DNA of 64,000 nt. Source: Mobula hypostoma. Lineage: Eukaryota. The position numbers and the translations under genes are program-made. The notes beneath the pieces are model-generated. The model searched no databases and was not told the DNA's origin. It was given only the letters and a program-made list of their open reading frames with translations. Below are positions 62,455-64,000 of the stretch, one piece after another. The DNA is taken from assembly GCF_963921235.1 (NCBI RefSeq), contig NC_086106.1:81592001-81656000 (forward strand). The letters run 5' to 3'. Numbering within the stretch: the first letter of the stretch is position 1; each line of letters opens with the position of its first letter.

Positions 62455-62590
62455 GGACATATACCCTGGTATAATGAGGACTATAGACAAGCATGCTGGG
62501 AGAAGCATAGGTATTTTAAAATCAAGTGCCAACCTGGAGAAACTGTGAAACAGATTACACATATATCAATGTAATAGATAGGGCTATAGT
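62455..62590 (+). mobile_element. Ancient CR1/L2-group ORF2 remnant
   Basis: PWYNEDYRQACWEKHR..KCQPGETVKQ resembles the PW linker between APE and RT. Confidence 0.35.
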
Positions 62591-64000
62591 ACCCTACAAC
62601 CAATCGATGAGATAATAGTTTTGTAGTACTGCCACACCTAATCATGAATGATGATGAGCAATTAAGCAACTAGTGTGAGGAAGGGATCGAGAACGTTCCC
62701 ATTCTTAGGAATGGCAGGTCCTGGTGATGGAGTTACAAAGACATGGTGCAGCTCTCAGATCTTTGTGCAACCATAAGTCTTTACCTCAGAAAATGAAGCC
62801 CCATCACAAAATGCAATCCTCAGATAAAAGGGCTATAGGATAGGACAATATAATAAAGACTTATGTCCTAGGACAAGCTGCGCCTTTATCCAACTCCAGC
62901 ATATTTACCATGCTGAAATCTACCCAGCATTGTGAGAAATTGCTCCACTATGTCTGGTTTGCAAAGAACACAACAAAATTCAGGCAGTCTAGCTACCACC
63001 CTAACAGTCTACTATTAATCATCAGTATAATATAGTCCAAAACAGTAGCTTAATAGCTAATTGAAACATTTCATCTGTGCTAAAGAATACCAATTCATTT
63101 ATGTATCCTTTTAAATAAATGTCTTTGAATTGACGCCGATTCTCCCTGTTCAGGTATAAGGAACATCTCATGATGATTGAAGTAATGAAAAATTCCTTAT
63201 AGGCTCTGGTCAATATCACTCCCTCTATAACAGAGCGTCCTCTTCCCAATAAAGTAAAATCTAATCCCTGCAGCCTGGAACTGACAGTAACTGTGATATT
63301 TCATGGTTATTAAACTGATTGGCATCATTTTTAAAATATTTAGGAAAAAATATACTGAAGATCTTAGATTCCTTAACATGGTAAATAGCTTGTTTTCCAG
63401 TTACATCAAAACAATTTAATATGGGAAGGCAGCCTTTCTTCAGTATTGATAACACTCACAGGGAGGTGTTGGGAAATAGGTGCTGAGAGGCACAGGCTGT
63501 ACCACTCTGAATATTTAATTTCTAGTAACTATGCCAAGTGCAGGTGGGTGGGAATCTCAAATCTGTTTGAAATATTATGTGAAACATTACTCATATTACA
63601 ATTTGAAAAAGTTTTTATTTTTCTTGTTTCTTCCTTGCCAAGTACAATACCAAGAAGCACACAACAACCTGGCTGAAACTAATATTTTGTATGTTGAGAA
63701 GGGTCAACAGTAGGGGAAAGTCAGCCATCACAGTCAGGAGATGGGCGGAATATTTAAACATTGCAGAAACAAATCAATATAACATTATTGTACTCTAGTT
63801 TGCTTATTTTGTTTTTCATTTCTGCTTCAGTTTGTCAATGTCACGAGAAGGTTTTATTCATCTTCATTTTTGTTGGCTCCCGTACAGCCGTTGACAAAGT
63901 CATTTGTACTTTTCTCCTTCAATATTCCTGTTTTACATTTCAGCCAGCTGGTGGTGGTGGTGGGGGGCACCCTTTTAGTTCCACTCTTATCCGTCTGACT

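Overview
This is eukaryotic, repeat-dense, intronic or intergenic vertebrate DNA. The repeat set (HER1-like CR1 LINEs, V-SINE/HE1-like SINEs, GIY-YIG Penelope-like elements) suggests a cartilaginous fish, probably a ray; this is an inference. No intact host protein-coding gene, rRNA, tRNA or CRISPR array can be supported, and every recognisable ORF is a transposon remnant. The window holds about 10 CR1 copies, several Rex1/Babar LINE fragments, one RTE RT remnant and a full-length decayed hAT Charlie/Buster DNA transposon (7404-11031) whose ends resemble mammalian MER119/Charlie7. It also holds two chromovirus-type Gypsy elements that both lack RT/RNase H, a 1.5-kb solo LTR with a 37-bp x 10.5 minisatellite, Penelope-like elements with minimal hammerhead ribozymes, and two families of non-coding LINE-tailed retroposons. 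The most striking feature is a roughly 540-bp RTE-type non-autonomous retroposon (40059-40602). Its 5' part threads almost position for position onto the HDV ribozyme nested double pseudoknot, but with an extra hairpin inside loop L3. Some boundaries of old repeats are approximate.
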